Shown in pieces: positions 1 through 9,357 of a stretch of 64,000 nt of DNA. Each line of letters starts with the position of its first letter. The stretch's first letter is position 1. The notes beneath the pieces were generated by a model. It saw nothing but the letters and a program-made list of their open reading frames with translations. It searched no databases and was not told where the DNA came from. A program made the position numbers and the translations under genes. The DNA is from Candidatus Omnitrophota bacterium (GTDB taxonomy: Bacteria; Omnitrophota; Omnitrophia; Omnitrophales; Aquincolibacteriaceae). Location of the stretch: assembly GCA_019052695.1 (NCBI GenBank), contig JAHQRI010000001.1, positions 7,755-71,754 of the forward strand. Direction: 5' to 3'.

Positions 1-16
1 AGGGGGACCGGATTTT

Positions 17-442
17 ATGACCGGCTTGAACGCGGATGAAAAAATATGGAAAGGGCGGCCGACGTTCATTGCCAAACTCCCTTTTTTCTTTTCGGGGCTT
101 GTCCTGCTTGGGATCGCCCCGTTCTTTGTCGACGATTACCTCGGTTTGATGGGGGCGTTCCTTTTTACCGTTGTTTTCTTTCCGTGCTGGTTGGTCCTCT
201 CGTTTGTTTTCGTGTGCAGCGGGCGTTATGAGATCGGCCCTCAAAAAGTGACGGTGACCTACGGGATCTTCCGCAAAAAGACCGTTGTCGTTGAAAGGTC
301 CCAAATTCTTGCGGTCCGGTCAAAGCAAAGTTCCTGGGGCCGCGTCCTTGGCTACGGGGACGTGCTGCTCGATCTGCGCGGCGCTTCGGGTGTGACCGTG
401 ACGCTCAAAAGTGTCAGGCAGCCCACCGCGGTCCCGCTTTGA
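17..442 (+). CDS. membrane protein with bacterial PH (bPH_2/YdbS-like) domain
   Basis: Two N-terminal hydrophobic helices then a soluble domain. GGGGGA RBS lies ahead of the ATG at 17. Family call made from the overall pattern only. Confidence 0.45.
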   Translation: MTGLNADEKIWKGRPTFIAKLPFFFSGLVLLGIAPFFVDDYLGLMGAFLFTVVFFPCWLVLSFVFVCSGRYEIGPQKVTVTYGIFRKKTVVVERSQILAVRSKQSSWGRVLGYGDVLLDLRGASGVTVTLKSVRQPTAVPL

Positions 443-612
443 GAAAGGGGTCAAATATCAGGACTGTGACAAGGACCGCTTGACGGGAATCGATGACCGG
501 CTGCAACGTCTCCCCCGGGACGGTGTCCGGTCAACGGTCAATAAAAAAGGAATTTTGACGTAAACTATCCGAGGCTTCGAACGGCTTTCGGATCCAACAA
601 CGGAGGTGTTCC

Positions 613-1200
613 ATGACGTTCTTGTGGGTATTGCTCGGCCTTATCCTTTTGACCGTGATCACCGTGATCGGCATTTACAACGCGCTCGTTATCCTGCGGA
701 ACCGCTACAAGAACGCGTTCGCCCAGATCGACGTTCAACTCAAGCGCCGCTACGACCTCATCCCGAACCTCGTCGAGACGGCCCAGGGCTACCTGAAACA
801 TGAACGGGGCACCCTTGAAGCGGTGATCCAGGCCCGCAATCAGGCGTTGAGCGCGGCGGGGAAGGCCGCGGCGGCGCCCGGTGACCCGCGGGCCATGGGG
901 GACCTGAAGACCGCGGAGGCGGGACTGGCCGGCGCCCTCGGCAAGCTGTTCGCCCTGGCGGAAGCGTACCCGGACCTGAAGGCCAACCAGACGATGCTCT
1001 CGCTCATGGAAGAACTGACCTCGACCGAGAACAAGATCTCGTTCTCCCGTCAGGCCTACAACGACGCGGTCATGGAATACAACATCGGCCGCGAGAAATT
1101 CCCCAACGTCCTGCTCGCGGGCACGTTCGGTTTTACAGCGGCCGCGTTGCTCGAGCTCGAAAGCGCCGAGGAACGCAAAAGGCCGGACGTGAAGTTTTAG
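613..1200 (+). CDS. lemA: LemA family protein
   Basis: N-terminal TM helix followed by NALVILRNRYKNAFAQIDVQLKRRYDLIPNLVETA, a characteristic LemA core. GGAGGTG RBS. Confidence 0.85.
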   Translation: MTFLWVLLGLILLTVITVIGIYNALVILRNRYKNAFAQIDVQLKRRYDLIPNLVETAQGYLKHERGTLEAVIQARNQALSAAGKAAAAPGDPRAMGDLKTAEAGLAGALGKLFALAEAYPDLKANQTMLSLMEELTSTENKISFSRQAYNDAVMEYNIGREKFPNVLLAGTFGFTAAALLELESAEERKRPDVKF

Positions 1201-1218
1201 CCGCGGTTTTTTCCGGCC

Positions 1219-3222
1219 ATGAATTTTTTCGAGCACCAGGAGCAGGCCCGCAAGCGAACCCTGCTCCTGCTGTTCCTTTACGGTTTGGCCGTCGCCGGGA
1301 CCATCCTCGCCGTCTACATCGCCGCCAGGGCCTGCTGGTACCTGTTGTGGGTGACGGACATCCGCACGGGGGCCCAGGTGACCTCGATCCGGTGGTGGGA
1401 CCCCGGTTTTTTTCTGATTGTCACGGGCATCGTTTGCTCGGTGGTGGCGGCCGGCACGGTGCTGAAGGTCCTGCAGCTCTCCTCGGGAGGGGCCGCCGTC
1501 GCCCGGATGCTCGGCGGGGAGGCCATCGACCCCGGGACGGTCGATCCCGACGAGCGCAAGGTCCTGAACGTCGTCGAAGAGATGTCGATCGCTTCCGGCG
1601 TCCCCGTCCCTCCGGTCTATCTCCTGAACAAAGAATACGGGATCAACGCCTTCGCGGCCGGGTTCTCGTCCCGGGACGCGGTGATCGGCGTCACGCGGGG
1701 GGCGGTCCGGTTGCTTTCCCGCGATGAGCTCCAGGGCGTGATCGCGCACGAGTTCAGCCACATCTTTAACGGCGACATGCGCCTGAACATGCACCTGACG
1801 GGGTTTTTGAACGGTCTGCTTTTGATCGCGTTGACCGGCAAGACCATTTTGCGCGGGTTCCGGTACGGGGGGAGTGGCCGCTCCGGCCGCGGCGGGGCCG
1901 GAGCGGTCCTTGTGATCTTCCTGTTCGCCGTGCTCCTGGTCGCGGTGGGCTATGTCGGCGTTTTTTTCTGCAATTGGATCAAATCGGGTGTGTCGCGGCA
2001 GCGGGAATTCCTCGCGGACGCCTCTTCGGCCCAATTCACCCGCAACCCGTCCGGCCTCGCCGGGGCGCTCAAAAAGGTCGCGGGCCTTTCCGAGGGGTCC
2101 TTTGTCTGGGAGTCCAGGGCGGAAGAGGTCAGCCACTTTTTTTTCTCCGACGGGGTGAACCTGAGCGAGGACCCGATCCTCGGGACCCACCCGCCGCTGG
2201 TGCAGCGGATCGAACGGCTGGACCCTTCGTTCGACGGCCGGTATCCGGAGGTCACGTCCATCGCTCCCGGGCCGTCCAAAGTCCATCATCGGATCAAAGT
2301 CGCTTTGCCCAAGGCCCGGAAGCCTGAAGGATGGGATCGAAGGGCCGCGATCTTCGGCCTGCCGCTTGCGACCGTCGCGGGTCTTTCGGCCGCGGACACC
2401 CTTGTCGCGAGCGTCGGTACTGCCTCGCAAGAAAATCTGGCCGAAGCCGGAAGGATCCTCGAGGAGCTCCCCCGGTCCCTTCGCGATGCCGCACGATCGC
2501 TTGACGGCGCGACGGCCCTCGTCTACGGCCTTTTGATCGACCGGAGGAAAGACGAAGTGAGGGCCCGGCAGTTGGATTATTTGTCGCGGAAAGCCGGCCC
2601 GGACGTTCACCGGACGCTGCTCGGACTGCTCCCGGATTTTTCGAGCCTGAATCTGGAGTTCTGCCTGCCGCTCCTTGACCTCGCGACCCCGATGCTCAAA
2701 ACCCAGAGCCCCGCATCGTATCCCGCGTTCCGGGAGCATCTGGAGTCCCTGATCGCGATGAACCCCGAGGGGACGGTCTTTGAGTTCACCGTCAAACAGG
2801 TCGTGCTTCATCACCTCGATTTCTATTTCGGCAAGGCCCCGAGGCCCCGCCCGCTCCACGCGACGATCGGCGCGCTCTTGCCGGCGTGCGGCGTGCTCCT
2901 GTCCTTCCTGGCGGGGGCGGGTCAGATATCCCGGGCGGCCGCGGAAAAGGCGTTCCAGAAAGCCGCCCGTCAACTGGTCCCGGACCATGTTTGGAAATTC
3001 ATTCCCGGCGAGTCCCTCGCCTTCGAGAACGCGGAGAAGGCCTTACGAGACATGGCATCCGCTTTTCCCGGCGTCAAAGAGCAGTTCCTCAAGGCATGCG
3101 TCAGTTGCGTGGAATGCGACGGCAGGCTCGAGATCCGTGAGTTGGAACTCCTGCGGGCTTTTGCTTCGACCCTGGATTGTCCCATTCCCCGTTCTCCGGT
3201 CACCGGGCAAGCGCGCAGTTAA
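1219..3222 (+). CDS. M48 family zinc metallopeptidase (HtpX-like) with about 330-aa C-terminal extension
   Basis: HEFSHIFNGD contains HExxH. Multiple TM helices. Gene follows lemA, a known LemA-peptidase pairing. C-terminal half has no recognisable motifs. Confidence 0.7.
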   Translation: MNFFEHQEQARKRTLLLLFLYGLAVAGTILAVYIAARACWYLLWVTDIRTGAQVTSIRWWDPGFFLIVTGIVCSVVAAGTVLKVLQLSSGGAAVARMLGGEAIDPGTVDPDERKVLNVVEEMSIASGVPVPPVYLLNKEYGINAFAAGFSSRDAVIGVTRGAVRLLSRDELQGVIAHEFSHIFNGDMRLNMHLTGFLNGLLLIALTGKTILRGFRYGGSGRSGRGGAGAVLVIFLFAVLLVAVGYVGVFFCNWIKSGVSRQREFLADASSAQFTRNPSGLAGALKKVAGLSEGSFVWESRAEEVSHFFFSDGVNLSEDPILGTHPPLVQRIERLDPSFDGRYPEVTSIAPGPSKVHHRIKVALPKARKPEGWDRRAAIFGLPLATVAGLSAADTLVASVGTASQENLAEAGRILEELPRSLRDAARSLDGATALVYGLLIDRRKDEVRARQLDYLSRKAGPDVHRTLLGLLPDFSSLNLEFCLPLLDLATPMLKTQSPASYPAFREHLESLIAMNPEGTVFEFTVKQVVLHHLDFYFGKAPRPRPLHATIGALLPACGVLLSFLAGAGQISRAAAEKAFQKAARQLVPDHVWKFIPGESLAFENAEKALRDMASAFPGVKEQFLKACVSCVECDGRLEIRELELLRAFASTLDCPIPRSPVTGQARS

Positions 3223-3417
3223 GACGCGCGTCCCGCATCGTCGGGATCCAAGGGAAATTCCACGCGCGGGCCGGATCTTGCGCGTGAAGTATTTTCCCGT
3301 CCGGACGAAGGCCGCTTGACACCGGATGACGGACTTCCGATACTGAAGCGATCGCGAAGGGACGGGACATGTGTTCCCGAAGGAACGCCTTTGATAGGGG
3401 AGGACAGCAAAGAGCTC

Positions 3418-4950
3418 ATGAGATCGAGAAAACTGGTTTGGGGACCCGCGCTGAGCGCGGTCAGTTTGGCCGCTCAAATGACGGCCGTGTTCCTCCTGAT
3501 GCCGCTCATGATCCGCGCGTACGGAGACATGCAATTCGGCCTCTGGGTCCTGGCGTTGCCGTTCATGGGCTACGCGGGAGGGCTCAACCTGGGACTTTAT
3601 GCCGCGGCAAACCGCTTCCTTTCACGGGCGATCGGAAGCGGAGGGCCGGCGGGGGACCGGGACATCCGGGATGTTTCCGCAACGGCGTTCTATCTTTTTA
3701 TTTTCCTCGCGTTCTTTTGGACGCTTGCGGTCCTCGGGGTGTCCTGTGCGGCGCCGATGTTCCTCAACGGGGACGCCCAGATCCGTCTTTTCAGGGAACT
3801 GCTCCTGATCCTGTGTGTTTACAATGGGCTCGTTTTTCCCACGGCTGTTTTTGAGAACACTCTCGCGGCCCATCTTCGCTATGACCTGATCTACGGGACC
3901 AGGACCCTGGGGACTCTCGCCCGGGTCCTTTTGACGATTTTTCTGATCCGTCATGGGCACGGTTTGATCGGGGTTGCCTGGGGCATGGCGGCCTGCGGGA
4001 TCGCCGAGGCTTTCTTGGAGGTCCTGCTTTCCCGGGCCGTCGAAAAAAGGACGAGCGTCCTGCCGCGTCACTTTCACTGGGCCCGCGCGCGTCAAATGTT
4101 CGACTACGGTTTTTATGCGGTCATCGGGAAACTGGGGGACCTTTTGCGGTTCCGAGCGGACGCCTTCGTGGTCACTTTTTTTTCCGGCGTCCGGTTCGTG
4201 ACCCCGTTCCGGATCGCGTCCGGGATCAATGAGTATTTTCACCAGTTCATGGGAGGCCTCACCGGGATCTTCAATCCGTATTTTAGCCAGGAGGAGGGAA
4301 GGAACAACCTGGAAGGGATCCGCGAAAAATTTCTCTTCGTGACGAAGATCACGGCGTTTGTCGCCGCCTTCGCCGGGGCCCTGGCGGTGGGGTTGGGACG
4401 GGATTTCCTGGAACGGTGGATCGGGCCGGGGCACGCGATCGCCTACCCGCTTTTGCTGATCCTGATCTTGCCGAACGCTTTCGTGATGGCCCAGGGTCCC
4501 GTGTTTCCTTTGGTCTACGGGATCTCAAAACACCGTTTCATGAACTATGTCAATCTTGGCGAGGGGATCCTCAATCTTCTCCTGAGCGTCCTCCTCGCGC
4601 CGACGATGGGAGTCTTCGGCGTCGCGTGGGGCACGGCGATCCCGATGTTGATCACGGCGGTCGTGATCCAACCGCTCTATGTGGTCCGGGCCCTCGAGAT
4701 ACCGCTCGGGCGGTACGGGAAGGCTTTCCTTACCCCTTTTTTCACGTCGGCGGCGGTCCTTTTGGTCTCGGGCCTTGTCATGGCGCCGTATCTGGCTCCG
4801 ACCTATCCGAGTCTTCTTTTTTTCGGGGCGGTCCAGACGGCGGTCTTCATTCCGTTCGTTTTTTACCTAGGGTTTAACAAACATGAGCGGGACCATCTCG
4901 TCGCCGCTCTCGGGAACCGGAGCGCCGGCAAAAGCGGCGCCGTGGCTTGA
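3418..4950 (+). CDS. oligosaccharide flippase / polysaccharide biosynthesis protein (MOP/Wzx-like)
   Basis: Polytopic membrane protein of about 510 aa with 12+ hydrophobic segments. Start moved to the ATG at 3418, which follows GGGGAGG. The track ORF begins at 3316. Confidence 0.6.
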   Translation: MRSRKLVWGPALSAVSLAAQMTAVFLLMPLMIRAYGDMQFGLWVLALPFMGYAGGLNLGLYAAANRFLSRAIGSGGPAGDRDIRDVSATAFYLFIFLAFFWTLAVLGVSCAAPMFLNGDAQIRLFRELLLILCVYNGLVFPTAVFENTLAAHLRYDLIYGTRTLGTLARVLLTIFLIRHGHGLIGVAWGMAACGIAEAFLEVLLSRAVEKRTSVLPRHFHWARARQMFDYGFYAVIGKLGDLLRFRADAFVVTFFSGVRFVTPFRIASGINEYFHQFMGGLTGIFNPYFSQEEGRNNLEGIREKFLFVTKITAFVAAFAGALAVGLGRDFLERWIGPGHAIAYPLLLILILPNAFVMAQGPVFPLVYGISKHRFMNYVNLGEGILNLLLSVLLAPTMGVFGVAWGTAIPMLITAVVIQPLYVVRALEIPLGRYGKAFLTPFFTSAAVLLVSGLVMAPYLAPTYPSLLFFGAVQTAVFIPFVFYLGFNKHERDHLVAALGNRSAGKSGAVA

Positions 4951-6208
4951 AAGAGAGCTCGTGGAACGAACCTCTGTGAAAAGGCCCTTGTTCATTCTGG
5001 CGGGGAACGGTCCTTATCTGAACCGGGGATGTGAAGCGATCGTGCGGGGGACGGCCGAGATCCTTCGCCGGCATTTCCGGTCGCCTCGATTTCTGGTCTG
5101 CAGTGATTTTCCGTCCAAGGCGGCGTGGCGAGAGCAGTCGAAGATCGAGAGCGACCCGGACATTACGCACGTCCGCAGGGTCCCGCCCTTTTGGGGCGGA
5201 AAGGGGATCTTCGCCAAGATCAAGCGCTGGGTTCTTGATGATCTTTCATGGGCCAGGCAGGACCGGACCTACCGTGAAATACGTCCCGACCTGAACGAGG
5301 CCCGGGCCGTTCTGTCCGTCGGAGGCGACACGTACTCTTTGGATTACGGGTCGCTGCCGTTGTATCTCGATCTGGACGACCTTGTGTTGCGTCGGGGAGG
5401 GAAGATGATCCTCTGGGGCGTCTCGGTGGGGCCCTTCGGCAGCCGCCCCGGACAAGAGGACTTCATGGCCGCTCACTTGAAAAGGCAGACGGCGATCTTC
5501 TGCCGGGAATCCCTTACCCGGGCTTATCTCGAAAAACTCGGCGTTTTTCGGAACGTCCATGATGTTGCGGACCCGGCTTTCGTGTTGTCCCCCTCCGAAC
5601 CGGGGGACGCGGCAAAGTTCGGACGGTTGGGCGAGACCCTCGGCCTCAATTTGAGCCCGCTCCTGGGACGCTATGTTTTTCCCGGGGAGGCATGCCGGTG
5701 GCTGCCGCTCGCGCGGGAGATCGTCCACCGGGTCCGGAGGGAGTACGACGGGCCTGTGCTGCTCATCCCCCACGTTCACGATGCGAACCCGGATCACAGC
5801 GACCATCGATTCATGGAACGGATCGTCGAAGACCCGCGCCTGAAGGACGTGGGGGTGCTGCCCCCGGGATATTCGTGCGGGGAACTGAAATGGATCATCG
5901 CGCGGTTGCGGGCCTTCGCCGGGGCGCGCACGCACGCCGTGATCGCGGGTCTTTCGTCGTGCGTGCCGACGCTCGCTTTCGCCTACAGTGTGAAAGCTTG
6001 GGGGATCCACCGGGATATTTTCGGGAACTCGGAGCATTGTTTGGGGCCCGAAGCGCTGCGGGACGCGGACCGTGTCGGGGTGGCCCTGGGGGCGATCTTA
6101 CGTGACGAGGCAAAGATCCGGGCGCATCTTGCCGCGAGGATACCCGCCGTCCGGGACGCGGCGTATCGGGCCGGGGCGATCCTCCGAACGATCTGCGAAG
6201 GGGCATGA
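4883..6208 (+). CDS. polysaccharide pyruvyl transferase family protein
   Basis: N-terminal LFILAGNGPYLNRGCEAIVRG fits the PS_pyruv_trans signature. True start may be the GTG near 4961, just after the upstream stop. Confidence 0.6.
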   Translation: MSGTISSPLSGTGAPAKAAPWLERELVERTSVKRPLFILAGNGPYLNRGCEAIVRGTAEILRRHFRSPRFLVCSDFPSKAAWREQSKIESDPDITHVRRVPPFWGGKGIFAKIKRWVLDDLSWARQDRTYREIRPDLNEARAVLSVGGDTYSLDYGSLPLYLDLDDLVLRRGGKMILWGVSVGPFGSRPGQEDFMAAHLKRQTAIFCRESLTRAYLEKLGVFRNVHDVADPAFVLSPSEPGDAAKFGRLGETLGLNLSPLLGRYVFPGEACRWLPLAREIVHRVRREYDGPVLLIPHVHDANPDHSDHRFMERIVEDPRLKDVGVLPPGYSCGELKWIIARLRAFAGARTHAVIAGLSSCVPTLAFAYSVKAWGIHRDIFGNSEHCLGPEALRDADRVGVALGAILRDEAKIRAHLAARIPAVRDAAYRAGAILRTICEGA

Positions 6209-6282
6209 GCGCCGCGGGACGGGATCTTCCATGGTCTTCCGGTCGGTCCTCGGATCTTTTGAAGGCGCCGGTTTTTTACCCT

Positions 6283-6440
6283 TAACCTTTAAAAAAGAAC
6301 GGGAATGATACTATAATAAGCACTCCCACCCGAGGCGCTTAGGACGTACGGAAGATCGGGGCCAAGGAAAAAGTCCGGTACGCGGATTGTGTGAAGGAAG
6401 CCGCTGAACGGGCGACGACCGCTTTGGAGAAGGGCCGGGC
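6283..6440 (+). pseudogene. degenerate duplicate of the tadA promoter plus first ~25 codons
   Basis: Motif ttaacctttaa..gaacggga..tataataa followed by ggccaaggaaaaagtcc..tgaaggaagcc..ggagaagggc parallels 8182..8395. The tadA start there reads atggaaaaagtcc..atgaaggaagcc..ggaaaagggcgag. Confidence 0.45.
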
Positions 6441-6523
6441 GGGAGGAGAGACATCTTGTGCCGGGGTCCGGGACCGAACAGGTGGCCCGGAGGGGCCGAT
6501 CAAAAAAATAAAAAGGGATCGTG

Positions 6524-7946
6524 GATGGTGAATATGAAAATGACCTTTATCGAACCTCCCAACGACCTGAGATTGAGATATGGAAAACTATCCTCCATCG
6601 GCGCCCTCATGCCCTCGTTAGGGATCGCCTGTATTGCGGCCGTTTTAAAAAAGAACCAACACGAAGCGGACCTTATCGATCCCACCGCCGAAGGATTGTC
6701 CCCCCAGGAACTCGAGGCGAGCATCCGTCATTTAAAAACGGACCTTGTCGGCATGCCGGTTTTTACGGCGACGTATGCGACCGCCCAGAAATGGGTCCGG
6801 ACGATCAAAGCGATCCGTCCGGACCTGAAGATCGTCCTGGGCGGCCCCCACTGCTCCGCTTTCCCGGCAGAAACCTTGAACGATATCCCGGCCGATTTTT
6901 TGATCCAGGGGGAAGGGGAGTATCCCACCCTTGAATTGCTGAACCGTCTGAACGACGCGGGCGACCCGGCTTCCGTCGAAAGCCTGGTCTGGAGAAAGAA
7001 CGGTTCCTTGGTCGTCAATCCCAAGGCGAAACTGATCGAGAACATCGACGACCTTCCGCTTGCCGACAGGAGTATCTTTCAGTTGCAAAATTACCATCAC
7101 TCTTCGGAGCATCGCGGTCAGCGTGTGATGCATCTGATGTCCTCCCGGGGTTGTCCGTGGGCCTGTTCCTTTTGCACGACCCAACTGACTTTTGGGAAGC
7201 GCCTGCGCTACCATTCGCCGAAGCGGATTTTTGAAGAGATGAAGAGCCTTGTCACGGACCATCATGCCGACGAGCTGTTCTTTTATGATGATACGTTGAC
7301 CGCAGACAAGAAAAGGATCGCGGAATTGTGCCGCCTTATCCTCGACCAGCGTTTGAAGATTCCGTGGGGGTGCTATACCAGGGTCGATTGCGTCAGCCCC
7401 GAGATCCTTAAGCTCATGGCGCAAGCGGGTTGCTACCAGATCAATTATGGGATCGAATCAGGCGTGCAGCGGTTACTGGACCTGATCCATAAAGGGTTCA
7501 CCCTCGAACAGGCGAGACATGCCGTGAAATGGACGCACGAGGCGGGCATCGAAACGATCTGCAATTTCATGTTCGCCCTTCCGGGGGAGACCCGTGATGA
7601 GAGCCAGCGGACCTTGGATTTCGCCAAGGAACTCAACCCCACGTACGCGCAATTCTATCTGACCTTACCCTATCCCGGGACACCCCTTTATGAGCTCGCG
7701 AAACAACACGGCACGATCCTGACGAAATCCTTCGAAGATTTCAACAAAACCCCCTGGGAATTTGTCCACTATGTTCCGTACGGGCGGACCGAAGAAGAAC
7801 TGGCGAAGTGGATCAAGGACGCCTACCGGAAATTCTACCTCCGGCCCGGCCATCTGCCACGCAGCCTCGGGGCGCTCTTGAAGCTTCCCCCTCGGAAGAT
7901 CCTCGGGATGATCGTTTCCGGCCTCAAGATCATCAGAAATAAATAA
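6524..7946 (+). CDS. B12-binding domain-containing radical SAM protein (class B)
   Basis: N-terminal B12-binding-like region. SSRGCPWACSFCTT carries the CxxxCxxC radical SAM cluster motif. AAGGGA RBS ahead of the ATG at 6524. Confidence 0.8.
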
Positions 7947-8181
7947 GCCCCGGCTCAGGTCATCGCACGGGGCTCTCTGACCGGCCGTTTTTATTTGCCG
8001 TCCCCCGGACCCACGCCGGGGCCTGTCCCTAAAATATTTGGTCCTCGCCGGTCCAGCCTCTATACTGTGCGGCCGTAAATGTCGAAGGGTCACGGTCAGG
8101 CTCTCCTTTTTCTATTTAAAGGATCGGGATCGTCCGAACCGCCCTTGCTGTGATAACAAAGTTAGGAGAGTGTTTTGCCGT

Positions 8182-8220
8182 TAACCTTTAAGGATCTATG
8201 GGAACGGGACTATAATAAAC
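8182..8220 (+). promoter_or_regulatory. putative promoter of tadA (ttaaccttta ... tataataaa)
   Basis: TATAAT-like box about 80 nt upstream of tadA. The same element is duplicated at 6283..6322. Confidence 0.3.
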
Positions 8221-8297
8221 GCATCGATTATGATCCTTATGGATCGCGGAAGACCGGGCGATCGTGATCGCCCCGGACCGCGGACCCGTAAGATCCT

Positions 8298-8819
8298 ATG
8301 AAAGCCAGGGCCATGGAAAAAGTCCAGCATGCGCATTTTATGAAGGAAGCCATCAAGCAGGCGGTGATCGCTCTGGAAAAGGGCGAGGTGCCCGTTGGAG
8401 CGGTGGTGGTCTGGAAGAATAAGATCGTCGCGCGGGCATATAACCAGATGGAAATGCTGCATGATCCGACGGCCCACGCGGAAATGATCGCGCTCACGCA
8501 AGCATCAGAAGCCCTGAGCCAGATGCCGGAAGCCAAGCCCGCGCAGACCAAAGAACACCGCGGGTCTCTTGAGGGCGCGACGCTGTATGTCACCCTCGAG
8601 CCGTGCCCCATGTGCGCCGGGGCGCTTGTGATGACGAAATGCACGCAACTGGTCTACGGAGCCCGGGATGCGAAAGCTGGGGCGTGCCACAGCCTTTACC
8701 ACATCACCGAAGACGACCGGCTGAATCACCGCGTGAAAGTGACCGGCGGGGTGATGGCGGATGACGCGAAATTTCTCTTGGGTGAATTCTTTAAGACATT
8801 GCGGAAAGATAAAAGATAG
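8298..8819 (+). CDS. tadA: tRNA adenosine(34) deaminase TadA
   Basis: HAEMIAL and LEPCPMCAGAL are the CDA-fold zinc-binding H-A-E and PCxxC motifs. Confidence 0.85.
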   Translation: MKARAMEKVQHAHFMKEAIKQAVIALEKGEVPVGAVVVWKNKIVARAYNQMEMLHDPTAHAEMIALTQASEALSQMPEAKPAQTKEHRGSLEGATLYVTLEPCPMCAGALVMTKCTQLVYGARDAKAGACHSLYHITEDDRLNHRVKVTGGVMADDAKFLLGEFFKTLRKDKR

Positions 8820-8888
8820 CACAACGCTCAACGATGAAGCCTTATATTCATTGTGCGTTGCGCGTGTCACGTTGTGCTGTTTTTTTTG
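8820..8888 (+). terminator. heptamer-repeat hairpin (CACAACG.../...CGTTGCG) plus T8 run downstream of tadA
   Basis: Inverted heptamer arms immediately after the TAG stop, followed by tgttttttttg. Confidence 0.5.
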
Positions 8889-9022
8889 TGGAGAGGTGGC
8901 AGCTCTGATTTTCTTTTAATTTTTGATAATAAAATCAGGACAGTCCTGCCTTCCAATAGTAAATTGATGATAGGCAGGGCAGCCACCGTCGAAATTTTGG
9001 CGGAAAAACTTAAAGTGAAAAC

Positions 9023-9265
9023 ATGTGGTACATCTATATTTTGCAAAGTGACAAGAGTGGCCGTTATTATGTGGGGTACACGGAGAACTTAGAGAAGCGC
9101 GTTCAAGAGCATAACAGCGGTAAAACAAAATCTCTAAAAGCGCATTTGCCGGTGCGTGTTATTTGTGTCGAAAAAAGACTGACGAAGCAAGATGCCTATC
9201 GTAGGGAAAGACAGATCAAAAGTTATAAAGGCGGGGAAGCTTTTAAGCGATTGTTGGGCAATTGA
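9023..9265 (+). CDS. GIY-YIG nuclease family protein (YhbQ/UPF0213-like)
   Basis: WYIYILQSDKSGRYYVGYTENLEKRVQEHNSG is a GIY-YIG core. 80 aa. Confidence 0.7.
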   Translation: MWYIYILQSDKSGRYYVGYTENLEKRVQEHNSGKTKSLKAHLPVRVICVEKRLTKQDAYRRERQIKSYKGGEAFKRLLGN

Positions 9266-9270
9266 GACGT

Positions 9271-9357
9271 GGAGGGATGGCAGAGCGGTCGAATGCGGCG
9301 GTCTTGAAAACCGTTAGGCGCGCAAGTGCCTCGTAGGTTCGAATCCTACTCCCTCCG
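9271..9357 (+). tRNA. tRNA-Ser (anticodon UGA)
   Basis: GGAGGGA acceptor stem. Anticodon loop cTTGAAa gives TGA. Long variable arm. T-arm GTAGG-TTCGAAT-CCTAC. No encoded CCA. Confidence 0.85.

Noticed and set aside
565-2988. 807-aa minus-strand ORF
   Set aside because: Antisense to lemA and the M48 peptidase. Arg/Gly/Pro-rich low-complexity translation typical of GC-rich antisense frames. The sense genes have clear motifs.
3622-4434. 270-aa minus-strand ORF
   Set aside because: Antisense to the flippase gene. No motifs. Compositional artefact.
5246-6037. 263-aa minus-strand ORF
   Set aside because: Antisense to the pyruvyl transferase gene.
6732-7424. 230-aa minus-strand ORF
   Set aside because: Antisense to the radical SAM gene, whose CxxxCxxC motif fixes the coding strand.
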